Position numbers and translations under genes: made by a program | Shown: positions 36,892-46,187 of the stretch, in pieces | Layout of the letters: each line of letters begins with the position of its first letter | Numbering within the stretch: position 1 is the stretch's first letter | Notes under the pieces: generated by a model | What the model saw: the letters and a program-made list of their open reading frames with translations, nothing else | Told to the model about the DNA's origin: nothing | Databases searched by the model: none | NCBI GenBank assembly: GCA_964576535.1 | Contig: CAZNWB010000006.1 | Span: 1,088 to 65,087, forward strand | Direction of reading: 5' to 3' | DNA: 64,000 bases | DNA from: an uncultured bacterium | GTDB taxonomy: Bacteria > Methylomirabilota > Methylomirabilia > Methylomirabilales > 2-02-FULL-66-22

Positions 36892-37725
36892 ATGATTTCC
36901 CGGCTGCTCGCATTGCTCACCCTTGGCACCCTGGCCGCACTCGCCGCATGTCCCACCGTGGAGGCCGAGCCCGTATTGGTCCGCTTTACCGAGGGGGTCG
37001 CCCGCGGGTTCCTGACCCTGCGGTCAGCCAACGGGGACAAGCTGGCAGACGGCGAGCTGGTCCAGGTCCTCCGGCCCCATGGCCTAGAGGGTCATCTCTA
37101 CTTCCGCTTTGCGGACGGCTCCCTCTATGACGAGACCGTGCTCTATTCCCAGCGGCGCGTCTTCACGCTCCTCCGCTACCGCCTGATCCAGCGGGGGCCC
37201 TCGTTCCCCCTCAACCTGGAGGCCTCGTTCGATCGAAAGACGGCGCAATACAGGGTTCGCTACGGCAACGGCACCGGGCGCGAAGAGACGCTCGATGGGA
37301 AGCTCGAGCTGCCGTCCGATGTTTACAACGGCATGATCGCCACGCTGCTCAAGAACCTGCGGCGCGGGGCCAACGAATCGGTCCATCTGGTAGCCTTTAC
37401 CCCGAAACCGCGACTGGTGAAATTGCACCTGACCCCGGTAGGTGAGGAGGTGGTGCGGGTGGGCGATGCATCGATGAGGGCGGCGCGGTATCAGGCCAAG
37501 ACGGACCTTGAGGGTTCTATTGGTGGCTTCCTTGCCTCCCTTTTGAACAAGGAACTGCCCGTCCTGCACTATTGGATCGTCCCCGGGGAGGTGCCCGCCT
37601 TCGTGAGATTCGAAGGTCCTTTTTTCATGGAAGGCCCCGTCTGGCGGGTCGGCTCCAGCTACCGCACCGACGGCCCTGACGATACCCCGAGGCTCGCGGA
37701 CATCCTCAGGGCACGCCCCAATTAA
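36892..37725 (+). CDS. secreted hypothetical protein
   Basis: 277 aa; N-terminal signal peptide (LLALLTLGTLAALAACP); no family recognised. Confidence 0.6.
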   Translation: MISRLLALLTLGTLAALAACPTVEAEPVLVRFTEGVARGFLTLRSANGDKLADGELVQVLRPHGLEGHLYFRFADGSLYDETVLYSQRRVFTLLRYRLIQRGPSFPLNLEASFDRKTAQYRVRYGNGTGREETLDGKLELPSDVYNGMIATLLKNLRRGANESVHLVAFTPKPRLVKLHLTPVGEEVVRVGDASMRAARYQAKTDLEGSIGGFLASLLNKELPVLHYWIVPGEVPAFVRFEGPFFMEGPVWRVGSSYRTDGPDDTPRLADILRARPN

Positions 37726-37869
37726 TTCCGGGCCGCCACCCACCTCCTGATCCCAGGCGACCTTCCCAGCACCCTCCGCCAGCCCTTTCGCGGCCGGAGA
37801 CCCCGACAGGGGGATATCCGGCCCCGGGAACGCCCGACGCGAACGAGGAGGCGGGGGTCAGATGCCACT

Positions 37870-37898
37870 CCGAAATCCACAATCCGAAATCGAAAATG
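37870..37898. repeat. direct stutter repeat (word CCGAAATC)
   Basis: CCGAAATCCACAATCCGAAATCGAAAATG abuts the stop at 37899; a related AAAATCCGAAATCC sits at 36453-36466 after the decayed paralog. Confidence 0.7.
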
Positions 37899-38681
37899 TC
37901 ATCCGGCCAGCATCCGCTTGAGGTAGGCGAGGGCGCGGGGGATGCCCGTGGCCTCGGGCTCCTCCGCCTCGTACTCGAAGCTCACCCAGCCGGTGTAGCC
38001 GGCGGCGCGCAGGGTCGGGACGATCCGGGCGTAGTCCACGGACGGATCGGAGCCGTCACCGGCCACCTTCCAGAACTTGGCGTGCACGTGGACCGCCAGG
38101 CCCAGGGTCTTCTCCAGCGACGGCCAGCCGTCGGTGTAGTTGCCGGTATCCAGCAGGGGGACGAGGTGCGGAGACTTCACCTCGTCCAGGACGCGCAGGT
38201 ATTCGGCCGCGGTGGGTGTGAAGGCGGCGTGGTTATGGTTCTCTAGCCCCAGGCGCAGCCCCGCGTGTCCGGCGAAGGCGGCCACGTCGCGCAGACAATC
38301 GATCATGGCGGGCCAGCGCGCCCCGCTCTGGGCGGGGCCGCCCTCGGGGTACCCGGCGAAAACCCGGACCAGGGGGGCGCCGAGCTGCTCGGCCACCTCG
38401 ATCCACTGCTTGACCTTCACTACCTCGCTCTGCCGCATGGTGTTGTCGGCCCGGCCGAAATCGTTGTGGACGCCGATGCCGGTGATGGCGAGGTTCAGGT
38501 CCCTGGCCGTCCGGCGGAGCATCTGGAGATACGCCGGACGGGTCTGGGGAAAATGGATGTCCTGCAGTTCCACCCCCTCGACGCGAAGGTCTGTGGCGCA
38601 TCGAACAAGGAAGCGCACCTGGTCCATGGTCCCGGCGTCGAAGGAGCGATTGAAGGTACCGCAGATGCAGCCGAGTCTCAT
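37899..38681 (-). CDS. sugar phosphate isomerase/epimerase (xylose-isomerase-like TIM barrel)
   Basis: ATG 38681 overlaps the upstream stop (ATGA); 260 aa; VRVFAG, LGLENH, HVHAKF and GYTGWVSFEYE. Confidence 0.85.
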   Translation of the reverse strand: MRLGCICGTFNRSFDAGTMDQVRFLVRCATDLRVEGVELQDIHFPQTRPAYLQMLRRTARDLNLAITGIGVHNDFGRADNTMRQSEVVKVKQWIEVAEQLGAPLVRVFAGYPEGGPAQSGARWPAMIDCLRDVAAFAGHAGLRLGLENHNHAAFTPTAAEYLRVLDEVKSPHLVPLLDTGNYTDGWPSLEKTLGLAVHVHAKFWKVAGDGSDPSVDYARIVPTLRAAGYTGWVSFEYEAEEPEATGIPRALAYLKRMLAG

Positions 38682-39601
38682 GACATGAGTCCTTTCGGGG
38701 GAGTGACACCCTTGAGCGCCTGGAGGACCTCGGCGTGCAGGCGTGGATTGGCGCTGCACACCAGGGTGTACACGGCATGGATATCGGGACGGAACCGGAT
38801 GGGGGCGCCGTCCCATTGGGTCACCACGCAGCCGGCACGCTCGGCAATGTAGCTGGCGGAAAACACCTCCGTCAGCGACTCGTTCCAGCCGAAGTACACG
38901 TCGATCCGGCCGCAGGCGACGTCCGCGAATCCATAGGGACCGCCGTTTCCCAGGATGAACTTGGCCCGCTCGAAGAGTGGGCGTAGCGCCGTGGCCATCG
39001 CGTACAGATAGGGTGGCTTCTTGAGATACGTTTCCAGGAAGGCACCGTCCAGGCTGGCCGTCCGGGCGGGGTGGACCGGCACAGGGCGGGCACCGGGACG
39101 CGGGATCCGGACGACGCCTGCAGGCTCGGCCAGGATGATTTCGCCGGTGATGTGGTCTGTCACGCCGGCGGCCCGGGGCTGCCCATCCTGCCCGTAAATG
39201 GCGAGCGCGGAGAACCAGTGGGCTGGGATGCCGCGGCGGTACAGCAAGCTGCCGTCGAACGGATCCATGATGACGTACACCGGCTCCGATCCAGCCCCGG
39301 AACGCGCCGATCGTCCCGCCATCGTCGTTTCGCCGGCCTCCTCGGACAGCAGCGTGCCGCGAATGCCGCCGCGGTTGAGGGCGGCCAGGATCGCCCGTTC
39401 CGTGGCCGTGTCCACGCCGATGACCTCGGGGTCCCAGGGACGGTAGCCTGCCTCTCGCCCGGCCACCACGCGCTGGCCCGCCCGCGGTGCCAGCCGCCGG
39501 ACGGCAGCACGCGCGGCCCGCAGACCCTCCTGCACCCGCTGCCGCCAGGGGAATGCGCTCCTCCGGTACATTGCCCGCCTTGCGGTAACTCGCTTCGCCA
39601 T
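38678..39601 (-). CDS. divergent inositol-monophosphatase/FBPase-family protein
   Basis: 307 aa; GGGAGG upstream; DPFDGS (DPxDG) and VACGRIDVYFG...AGCVVTQWDG align with IMPase-family motifs; Arg-rich N-terminal extension. Confidence 0.7.
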   Translation of the reverse strand: MAKRVTARRAMYRRSAFPWRQRVQEGLRAARAAVRRLAPRAGQRVVAGREAGYRPWDPEVIGVDTATERAILAALNRGGIRGTLLSEEAGETTMAGRSARSGAGSEPVYVIMDPFDGSLLYRRGIPAHWFSALAIYGQDGQPRAAGVTDHITGEIILAEPAGVVRIPRPGARPVPVHPARTASLDGAFLETYLKKPPYLYAMATALRPLFERAKFILGNGGPYGFADVACGRIDVYFGWNESLTEVFSASYIAERAGCVVTQWDGAPIRFRPDIHAVYTLVCSANPRLHAEVLQALKGVTPPKGLMS

Positions 39602-39633
39602 CTGGCCTCCCAGCTCACATCATGGGACGCCCG

Positions 39634-39708
39634 CTTATGGCGTAGAGCCTATGGCCTATGGTCCGGACTTGACCATACGCCATTTGCCATAAGCCATACG
39701 CCATTGGC
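39634..39708. repeat. stutter palindrome (word TATGG/CCATA)
   Basis: left arm 39634-39661 (TTATGGCG, CTATGGC, CTATGG), 11-nt spacer, right arm 39673-39708 = 5 x CCATwnn; 10 nt from the stop at 39718. Confidence 0.85.
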
Positions 39709-39717
39709 TCCCACCGG

Positions 39718-40464
39718 CTACTCCGTCCCCTCACGCTCGATACGTTGCAAGAGGTTCACGGTCTCGTTCACGACGTGCTGCATGACCCGCTCGCCAAGGT
39801 CGCGGGACACCTTGGAGGTGTCGCCCCGCACCCCCGTGGGGAATTCCCTCTCGGGATTGGCCAACACTCGGAACTTGGAAAGGCGCGGCCGGGTCACCTT
39901 GGGGATGCGATCCATGCGGACCAGCCCTTCCGCCACCACCAGCATCCCGGAGGTTTCGATGGATCCGGCGTGACCGTCCGCGCCCACGAGCCCGGCCTCG
40001 CGCCGGACGGGGTCCAGGAAATCATACGGACCGATGGTGACGACGGTCAGGGCAGGGTCGGCGTTCACCAGGGGCAGCACGCCCTCGCGCATCGCCTCCA
40101 TCTGGGCGGGCTCTGCGTGGCCGGTGATCAGGGCGAACCTCCGCCCGCCGTGGCGGACGTATTCCGTGATCACGTCTCGCACGACGGCTTGCAAGGTGGC
40201 CGGGGTCAGCGAGATGGTCCCCGGGAAGTTGCGAAAGGTCCGGCAGACGCCATAGGGCAGCACTGGGGCCACCAGCCCGTTGACCCGTTCGGCGACTGCG
40301 GCGCAGATGTGCTCCGCCTGGAGCAGGTCGGTGGCGAGGGGCAGGTGTGGGCCGTGCGCTTCCATCGTTCCGAAAGGCAGCAGGACCCACCGGCCTTCGC
40401 GCATCGCGACAGCGAACTCGTCCTTCGTCAGTTCGGCGAGACGGAACCGGTCTTGCTCGGGCAT
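39718..40464 (-). CDS. creatininase-family amidohydrolase
   Basis: ATG 40464 with GGAGGA upstream (ORF opens at 40524 inside the repeat); LLPFGTMEAHGPHLPLATD is the family signature. Confidence 0.85.
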   Translation of the reverse strand: MPEQDRFRLAELTKDEFAVAMREGRWVLLPFGTMEAHGPHLPLATDLLQAEHICAAVAERVNGLVAPVLPYGVCRTFRNFPGTISLTPATLQAVVRDVITEYVRHGGRRFALITGHAEPAQMEAMREGVLPLVNADPALTVVTIGPYDFLDPVRREAGLVGADGHAGSIETSGMLVVAEGLVRMDRIPKVTRPRLSKFRVLANPEREFPTGVRGDTSKVSRDLGERVMQHVVNETVNLLQRIEREGTE

Positions 40465-40478
40465 GAGTCCTCCAGGGG

Positions 40479-40547
40479 CGTTCGGTTGTTCGAGGGTTCG
40501 AGTGTTCGGTCGTACGGGAACCACCGAACTGCCGAACGATCGAACGC
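40479..40547. repeat. stutter palindrome (word GTTCG/CGAAC)
   Basis: left arm 40479-40512 = 4 x GTTCGrnn, 8-nt spacer, right arm 40521-40547 = 3 x CGAAC words; 3 nt from the stop at 40550. Confidence 0.85.
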
Positions 40548-40549
40548 TT

Positions 40550-41623
40550 TTAGCCGGTTGTCATGGCCCAGCACCGGATGCGGGGCAGACGCAGGCGCAC
40601 GGGCGCACCCGGAGAAAGGCGCCGCTGGGCATCGCCTTGCACGCGGAGCGCCAGCCCCTGCCCGAAAGTTACCCGATAGTCCATGGTGTCGCCCAGGTAG
40701 GTGGCCTTCTCCACGCGCGCCTCGAAGACATCCGCCCCTCCGGGCTCCCCGGGGTCCAGGAGCTCGATCTCGTTGGGGCGCACGAAGAGCAGGACGCGCT
40801 GGCCGGGGCCTGTCTGTGGCAGGGCAGGGGCCGTCATCCTGAGGTCGCCGACCGTGACCCGCATGGTGCCCCCGTCCACGGCCTCGATGCGGCCCTCCAG
40901 GAAATTCGAGAGGCCGATAAACTCCGCCACGAACCGGGACTGGGGCTGCTCGTAGATCTCCTCGGGTGTGCCCACCTGCTCCAGCCGGCCGCGGTGCATG
41001 ATGGCCACCCGGTCGGACAGGGCCAGGGCCTCTGCCTGGTCGTGGGTGACGTACACGGCGGTGATCCCCAGGCGCGTCACCAGCTCCTTGATCTCGAAGC
41101 GCATCTCCTCCCGCAGCTTGGCGTCCAGGTTGGAGAGGGGTTCGTCCAGGAGCAGCACCTTGGGCCGGTAGACCAGGGCACGGGCCAGGCCGACGCGCTG
41201 CTGCTGCCCGCCAGAGAGCTGGCGGGGGTAGTGGGACTCGTACCCCTCCAGGCGGACGAGCCGCAAAGCGTCGGCCGCCATCTTTGTCCGCTGATCCTTG
41301 GGGAGGTTCCGGATCATCAAGGGGAACCCGACGTTGTCCTGCACGGTCAGGTGGGGAAAGAGAGCGAAGTTCTGGAAGACCATTCCCAGTTCGCGCTGGT
41401 GGGTGGGCACGTCGGTGACGTCCTTGCCATCGATGAAGATCCGACCCTCGTCGGGCCGGATGTAGCCGGTGAGGCACCGCAGCGCCGTGGTCTTGCCGCA
41501 GCCCGACGGACCCAGGAGGGTCATCAGCTCTCCCCGCCGGATGGTCAGGCTGAGGTGATCGTTCGCCACCAGGGTGCCGTACCGTTTGCTGACGTCACGG
41601 AATTCTATCATGGCGTCAGTCAT
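40550..41623 (-). CDS. ABC transporter ATP-binding protein (PotA/FbpC type)
   Basis: 357 aa; Walker A GPSGCGKTT, LSGGQQQRV, Walker B LLLDEPLSNLD, C-terminal regulatory (TOBE-like) domain. Confidence 0.9.
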   Translation of the reverse strand: MTDAMIEFRDVSKRYGTLVANDHLSLTIRRGELMTLLGPSGCGKTTALRCLTGYIRPDEGRIFIDGKDVTDVPTHQRELGMVFQNFALFPHLTVQDNVGFPLMIRNLPKDQRTKMAADALRLVRLEGYESHYPRQLSGGQQQRVGLARALVYRPKVLLLDEPLSNLDAKLREEMRFEIKELVTRLGITAVYVTHDQAEALALSDRVAIMHRGRLEQVGTPEEIYEQPQSRFVAEFIGLSNFLEGRIEAVDGGTMRVTVGDLRMTAPALPQTGPGQRVLLFVRPNEIELLDPGEPGGADVFEARVEKATYLGDTMDYRVTFGQGLALRVQGDAQRRLSPGAPVRLRLPRIRCWAMTTG

Positions 41624-41626
41624 GTA

Positions 41627-42463
41627 TCACACTCCCTTGAATCCGCCCACCAGCTTCTCCGGCTCGGCCCGCCGCTGGATGAGAGCCAGGATGACCAGGG
41701 ACGGAACGACCATGATCACCGCCATGGCGCTGGTGATCTCCCAGTACCCGTCGCCGACCGCCAGGTACGTGCGCACCGGCAGGGTGACGGTATGGGGCCC
41801 ATAGGTCAAGAGGGTCAGGGTAAACTCGTTGTAGGAATGGGTGAAGGTGAAGATCATGGAGGCCAGGATGCCCGGCATGATCAGGGGCAGGACCACGTAG
41901 AAGAAGCGCTTGATCGTATTGGCCCCGCAGACCCCGGCAGCCTCCAGCACCCGCTCGTCCAATCCCTCGAAGGTGGCGGACAGGACCAGGATGGCGTAGG
42001 GGGCGCAGACGGACACGTGGGCCAGCGCCACGCCCAGGTAGGTATCCACCAGCTCCAGGGTGTAGAAGATCTTCGCCACCCCCAGCGCGTAGGTGATGGG
42101 GGGGATCATCCGGGGCAACAGCACGATGGCCATCGCGACTTCCTTACCCGGCATCTGTCGCCGGCCGAAGGCCCAGCCGGCGAAGATGCCGATCACGGTG
42201 CTGATGGCGGTGGCGATGATCCCGATGATGAGGGTGTTCTTCATGACCTCGGGGATGTTGCCCACTTCGACCGCCCAGCGGTACCAATCCAGGGTGAGCT
42301 GAGGAGGCAGCCAGAGCCGGCCGAACCATCCCTTCCCGACCGATCGCAGGGCGATCATCAGGAAGGGGGCGACGATGAACAACGTGAGACTCAGGAGCAG
42401 GGTGTAGCCCAGGATCATCCGACCGTCCCACAGGCCCCGAATGTACGCCCTGGCAAGCCTCAT
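41627..42463 (-). CDS. ABC transporter permease (PotC-like)
   Basis: 278 aa, multi-TM, binding-protein-dependent permease pattern; 3 nt upstream of the ATPase gene. Confidence 0.85.
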   Translation of the reverse strand: MRLARAYIRGLWDGRMILGYTLLLSLTLFIVAPFLMIALRSVGKGWFGRLWLPPQLTLDWYRWAVEVGNIPEVMKNTLIIGIIATAISTVIGIFAGWAFGRRQMPGKEVAMAIVLLPRMIPPITYALGVAKIFYTLELVDTYLGVALAHVSVCAPYAILVLSATFEGLDERVLEAAGVCGANTIKRFFYVVLPLIMPGILASMIFTFTHSYNEFTLTLLTYGPHTVTLPVRTYLAVGDGYWEITSAMAVIMVVPSLVILALIQRRAEPEKLVGGFKGV

Positions 42464-43329
42464 CGCGAGCCTCCGGCGCCGCCGGCCCGGCGGACGTAAC
42501 GCATGTAGAGGCTCAGGAAGATCACCTGCAATACTCCCATGACCACGGCAATGGCGCTGGCCGCGGACCAGCGGGCGGGGATGAAGATGGAGATTTCTTT
42601 ATAGATCTCCACCGAGAGGGGGCGGTAGTTGCCGCCGGCGATCAGGGGGACGCTGAAGGCCCCAAAGGCCGCCATGAAGGTCAGCACCGACCCGGCCAGG
42701 ATCGCCGGCGTGATCAGGGGCAAGACGATGTGGCGCAGGACCTGCCACCGGGTCGCTCCTGACACCGCCCCGGCCTCCTCGATGCTCCGGTCCAGGGATT
42801 CCAGCGAAGAGAGCGTGGTCACGCAGGTGTAGGGGAAGTACAGCCAGACGTAGAACATGATCAGACCGTGGAGCGTATAGTCGACAGGGAAGGGGCGCTC
42901 CACGAACGGAACGAATTGGGTCAAGAAGAGATTGAACCATCCCCGCGTCCCCCAGAAAAGGAGCAGGCCCAGGGCCCCGATGAGGCCGGGGATCACCAGG
43001 GGGACGAGGACGATCAGGCGGTAGAACCGATGCCCCCGGACCTTCTCCCGCAGGATCAGGGCCAGCGGCACGCTCAGGAGGATCGAGAGGGCCGTGGAAC
43101 CCAGGGCCAGGATGAAGGTGAGGACGATGACCCAGCGACCATCCGGATTGCTGAGGAAGCGGCCGTAATTTTCCAGGGTCCAGCCAAGGATCTCCCCCTC
43201 CGGGCGGAAACTCAGGATCAGCGTGAGCACCATGGGATAAAAGAACAGGCCGAAGAAGCTCACCAGGGCTGGCGTGAGTAGGAGCAGGGTGATCAGGCCC
43301 GATGAATTCCTACGCCAGAAGGCGGTCAT
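42460..43329 (-). CDS. ABC transporter permease (PotB-like)
   Basis: 289 aa, multi-TM; 4-nt overlap with the next permease gene. Confidence 0.85.
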   Translation of the reverse strand: MTAFWRRNSSGLITLLLLTPALVSFFGLFFYPMVLTLILSFRPEGEILGWTLENYGRFLSNPDGRWVIVLTFILALGSTALSILLSVPLALILREKVRGHRFYRLIVLVPLVIPGLIGALGLLLFWGTRGWFNLFLTQFVPFVERPFPVDYTLHGLIMFYVWLYFPYTCVTTLSSLESLDRSIEEAGAVSGATRWQVLRHIVLPLITPAILAGSVLTFMAAFGAFSVPLIAGGNYRPLSVEIYKEISIFIPARWSAASAIAVVMGVLQVIFLSLYMRYVRRAGGAGGSR

Positions 43330-43853
43330 GTCGACCTTTCACCTTGCACGTCCTCGCAACCCCTCGGAGTCTTCTCACTTGAATGGCGAACGAGATGGGG
43401 TCGGCTCACGGTCCGGCATGGCCGTGCTCATCTTGATCCGGTCTCGAATGGTTCTCTTTCCGCCCGGGCACCTGTGAAATCCGATCCCATCTCTGTCGTG
43501 GAGAGTCCCGACTGGAAGGGGATGTGCTAATTTGGGGCACCTGCCGATCCTTGTCAGGCTGACCGAAGACACCGCTGACCCTTCGTATCCCTTATTGTGA
43601 CAGGGATGGGGTGCTAAGTAGCTATTTTTCTTTGAAAGGGAGGGGGGGAGTCAAAACCTCCACTTTCCGACTGGAGAGCCGGCAGCTCGTGGCCTCGTTT
43701 ATGTATGGGAGTAGCAGCCCTCCCCAAAGTGGTCGGAATCTGTCCGAGTAATCCTCACAGAGATGAGCCAGGTCCATGGAGATTCGCGGGCGTGATCCCA
43801 GGGGAAGGCAGACGAGGGGAGCGTTGAACCCCAGGTGGGGGATCGCCTTCCTC

Positions 43854-44651
43854 ATGGCCGTCTTTATCCACACGCAAGCCTGCACCCCGCTCCTTGTCGT
43901 CGGCTCGGCGATTGGGTTCGGCGTTACCTATTACTCCGGGAACGTCGCCGAGCGGACATTCACGTATGAGCTTACCAAGGTTTGGGAAGCCACCGTTAGC
44001 GCCCTGGACGAGATGGCCATTACGGTCGTGGACAAGAACCAAGGGGAAACCGCGTGGGAGATCCAGGCCAGGACCGACGAGCTGAGCATCGAGATCATGT
44101 TCGATGCGGTGACGCCATCGACGACCAAGGTGAAGGTGACCGCGGCCAGGAATGGCATCCTCAGGGACATGGCCACCGCGACGGAGATTGTGGCGCAAAT
44201 CAACAACCAGCTCGTGAGAGAAGAGGCAAAACGACCGGCCCACAAGTCAAAGGGGAAGGTGGCTGGCCTGAGCGGGAACGATCGGAAGCGATCCACGAAC
44301 GGCGCGTCCACGAATGCGACGTCCTCAAAGGAGACCTCGGGTCCGGCCCGCAGGTTCGTCGAGATCAGGGTCGATTCGGCCAACATCCGTGCCGAAGGGA
44401 CCACGGACAGCCAGGTGCTGGTGACCCTCCCGCGAGGAACGAAGCTCGAACAGCTGGCCGAGATGTCGGATTGGGTGAAGGTACGGCTGGCAGGTGGGCT
44501 CGAAGGGTTCATCGCACGGCGGCTGGTGCAGGAGATCGACGGGATCCCACAGGCCGGTTCGGGAATCGCCGGTGCCATCTCCCCCCAAACTCGGAGTTCC
44601 CCTGTGACTCCAAGTCCAATCCATCCGGCCGAATACGCCGGCTCGCGTTGA
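43854..44651 (+). CDS. lipoprotein with C-terminal SH3b-like domain
   Basis: probable start ATG 43854 (MAVFIHTQAC lipobox; ORF opens at 43776); C-terminal ANIRAEGTTDSQVLVTLPRGTKLEQLAEMSDWVKVRL resembles bacterial SH3. Confidence 0.55.
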   Translation: MAVFIHTQACTPLLVVGSAIGFGVTYYSGNVAERTFTYELTKVWEATVSALDEMAITVVDKNQGETAWEIQARTDELSIEIMFDAVTPSTTKVKVTAARNGILRDMATATEIVAQINNQLVREEAKRPAHKSKGKVAGLSGNDRKRSTNGASTNATSSKETSGPARRFVEIRVDSANIRAEGTTDSQVLVTLPRGTKLEQLAEMSDWVKVRLAGGLEGFIARRLVQEIDGIPQAGSGIAGAISPQTRSSPVTPSPIHPAEYAGSR

Positions 44652-44681
44652 GCGCCCCTCGCTGCTTCCCCTCCGCCCGGT

Positions 44682-44711
44682 GATGGGGGCGGGCCATTGC
44701 CCGCCCCCATC
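44682..44711. terminator. bidirectional hairpin between convergent genes
   Basis: perfect 12-bp stem GATGGGGGCGGG/CCCGCCCCCATC with a 6-nt loop; between stops at 44651 and 44745; no clear U-run. Confidence 0.5.
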
Positions 44712-44744
44712 CCTCCCCGCCCGCCTCTCCCTACCGCCCCGGAC

Positions 44745-45887
44745 CTAGGGGATCAGCTCCTTGGCGTGGCCCTTTATGTAGTCAATCATATCCTTGCGGA
44801 CGCGATCCCGCGGGATGGCCGTCTTGGTCAGGACGTCCAGCTTGGGCACGATCTCCCAGACGATGCCTGGGGCCTGATCCGTGATGTCGGTCCCGGGATA
44901 CTGCCACATGGTCGTGAGCAGGCGGATCTGTTGATCATCGGAGAGCAGATAGTTGACCACCTTCAGGGCCACGGCCTTGTACTCCGGGGGGGTGTTGGCG
45001 GGCACGGCCAGGTAGGCCGTGCCGATCTCGTCCGCGCCCTCCTCCGGATAGACGGCCTTGATGGTGGGCGGCATGGTTCCCTGACGCGCCGACCACAGGG
45101 AGTAGTCCTGGGCATACAATGCGATCCAGGTCTCGCCGGAATTGAAATCCTCGAACAGGTTCGGCGGCTCCGCCGGGAGGGGCAGCTTCGCGTAGTTGGT
45201 GAAGTCCTTCAGCTTGTTCCACGCGTCGATGAAGGCCGGATCCTTCTCCAGTTGGGCCATGGGCATGGCCATCTTCTCCTTCAGGAACGCGTGCAGGAAC
45301 ACCAGCCGCTGCCGCCAGGCGGAGCTGGACTTGGCGTCGGCCCGGACCAGGCCGATGTGCCCCTTGAACTCCGCCCGGCGATCGTAGAACTCCTTCCAGG
45401 ACTTGGGCGGGTTCTTGACGTACTGGCTGTTGTAGATGAGGGCGTACGAGGTTCGCCAGTAGAGCGCCCCCTTCCCCTGCAGATTCACGCCCTCATCGGT
45501 GGCGAGGAACTTGGGATCGATCTTGGCCAGGTTCGGCACGCTCGCCGGGCTGAGCGTCTCCAGGGGAACCCCCGAGGTCACCCAGGACGCGATGGACTTG
45601 GGGAAGAGGATGTGGACATCTCCCTGGCCCGGTCTCCATGCCTTGGCCTTCTGGATCTGCTCCGCGTCGCTGCTCACGAGGTACTTGAGATTCACGCCCA
45701 GGCTTTGCTTGACCGCCGGGATCACGTACTTCTGCCAGTAGGCCTGGAAGTTCGCCCCCGACTGGCTATCGGCGATGACCAGTTCCGTCGGGGCGGCGCC
45801 GGCGCCGGCCCCGGGCACTCCCAGCGAGGCGAGTGCCAGGCCGAAACTCACAAGCACGGTTCCGACTATCCAGATACGGCGTCTCAT
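44745..45887 (-). CDS. ABC transporter substrate-binding protein (family 1, PotD-like)
   Basis: 380 aa; signal peptide ([18 protein letters not shown]); length and composition of periplasmic solute-binding proteins. Confidence 0.8.
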   Translation of the reverse strand: MRRRIWIVGTVLVSFGLALASLGVPGAGAGAAPTELVIADSQSGANFQAYWQKYVIPAVKQSLGVNLKYLVSSDAEQIQKAKAWRPGQGDVHILFPKSIASWVTSGVPLETLSPASVPNLAKIDPKFLATDEGVNLQGKGALYWRTSYALIYNSQYVKNPPKSWKEFYDRRAEFKGHIGLVRADAKSSSAWRQRLVFLHAFLKEKMAMPMAQLEKDPAFIDAWNKLKDFTNYAKLPLPAEPPNLFEDFNSGETWIALYAQDYSLWSARQGTMPPTIKAVYPEEGADEIGTAYLAVPANTPPEYKAVALKVVNYLLSDDQQIRLLTTMWQYPGTDITDQAPGIVWEIVPKLDVLTKTAIPRDRVRKDMIDYIKGHAKELIP

Positions 45888-46077
45888 GTCTTACCCCCTT
45901 CCCGCTTGAAATGGCAACGTGAAGATTTCGCCCATGCGCATCACGGTCGTCCTGTGTGGGTCTCGATCACCTCCCTCTCCCCTCGGCGGGGCCCCAATGC
46001 CCGTTGCTCCTCACGAAGCATTATCTCCCATTCCGTTCCGCTCCTGCAAATGCCTTCGCGTCCACGCCGGCCACCAT

Positions 46078-46156
46078 CCCCCTCACCTCCCCTCTCCCCG
46101 GTACCCGTTGCTCTTCCCCATGCAACGGGTGATGGGAGAGGGCCAGGGTGAGGGGG
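46078..46156. repeat. long imperfect palindrome (C/T-rich vs G/A-rich arms)
   Basis: CCCCCTCACC...ACCCGTTGC, 10-nt loop, GCAACGGGT...GGTGAGGGGG; the outer 10 bp and inner 9 bp are perfect; partial extra copy at 45968-46013. Confidence 0.8.
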
Positions 46157-46187
46157 CGAAACGGCTGACACAGGGCCTCGTATCGTC

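Noticed and set aside
40280-42499. 739-aa plus-strand ORF (similar cases: 24170..25516, 44697..46151, 51421..52950, 52538..53917, 53936..55348, 59364..60641, 3341..4510)
   Set aside because: All lie antisense to genes with clear family motifs and show shadow-ORF composition. None has an RBS or a recognisable domain.
43330-43775. guanidine-I (ykkC) riboswitch upstream of the ABC/creatininase genes
   Set aside because: The conserved ykkC blocks as I recall them (CUAGGGUUCCG, GGUCCGAGAG) are not present. Only a generic GCCCGGG stretch is.
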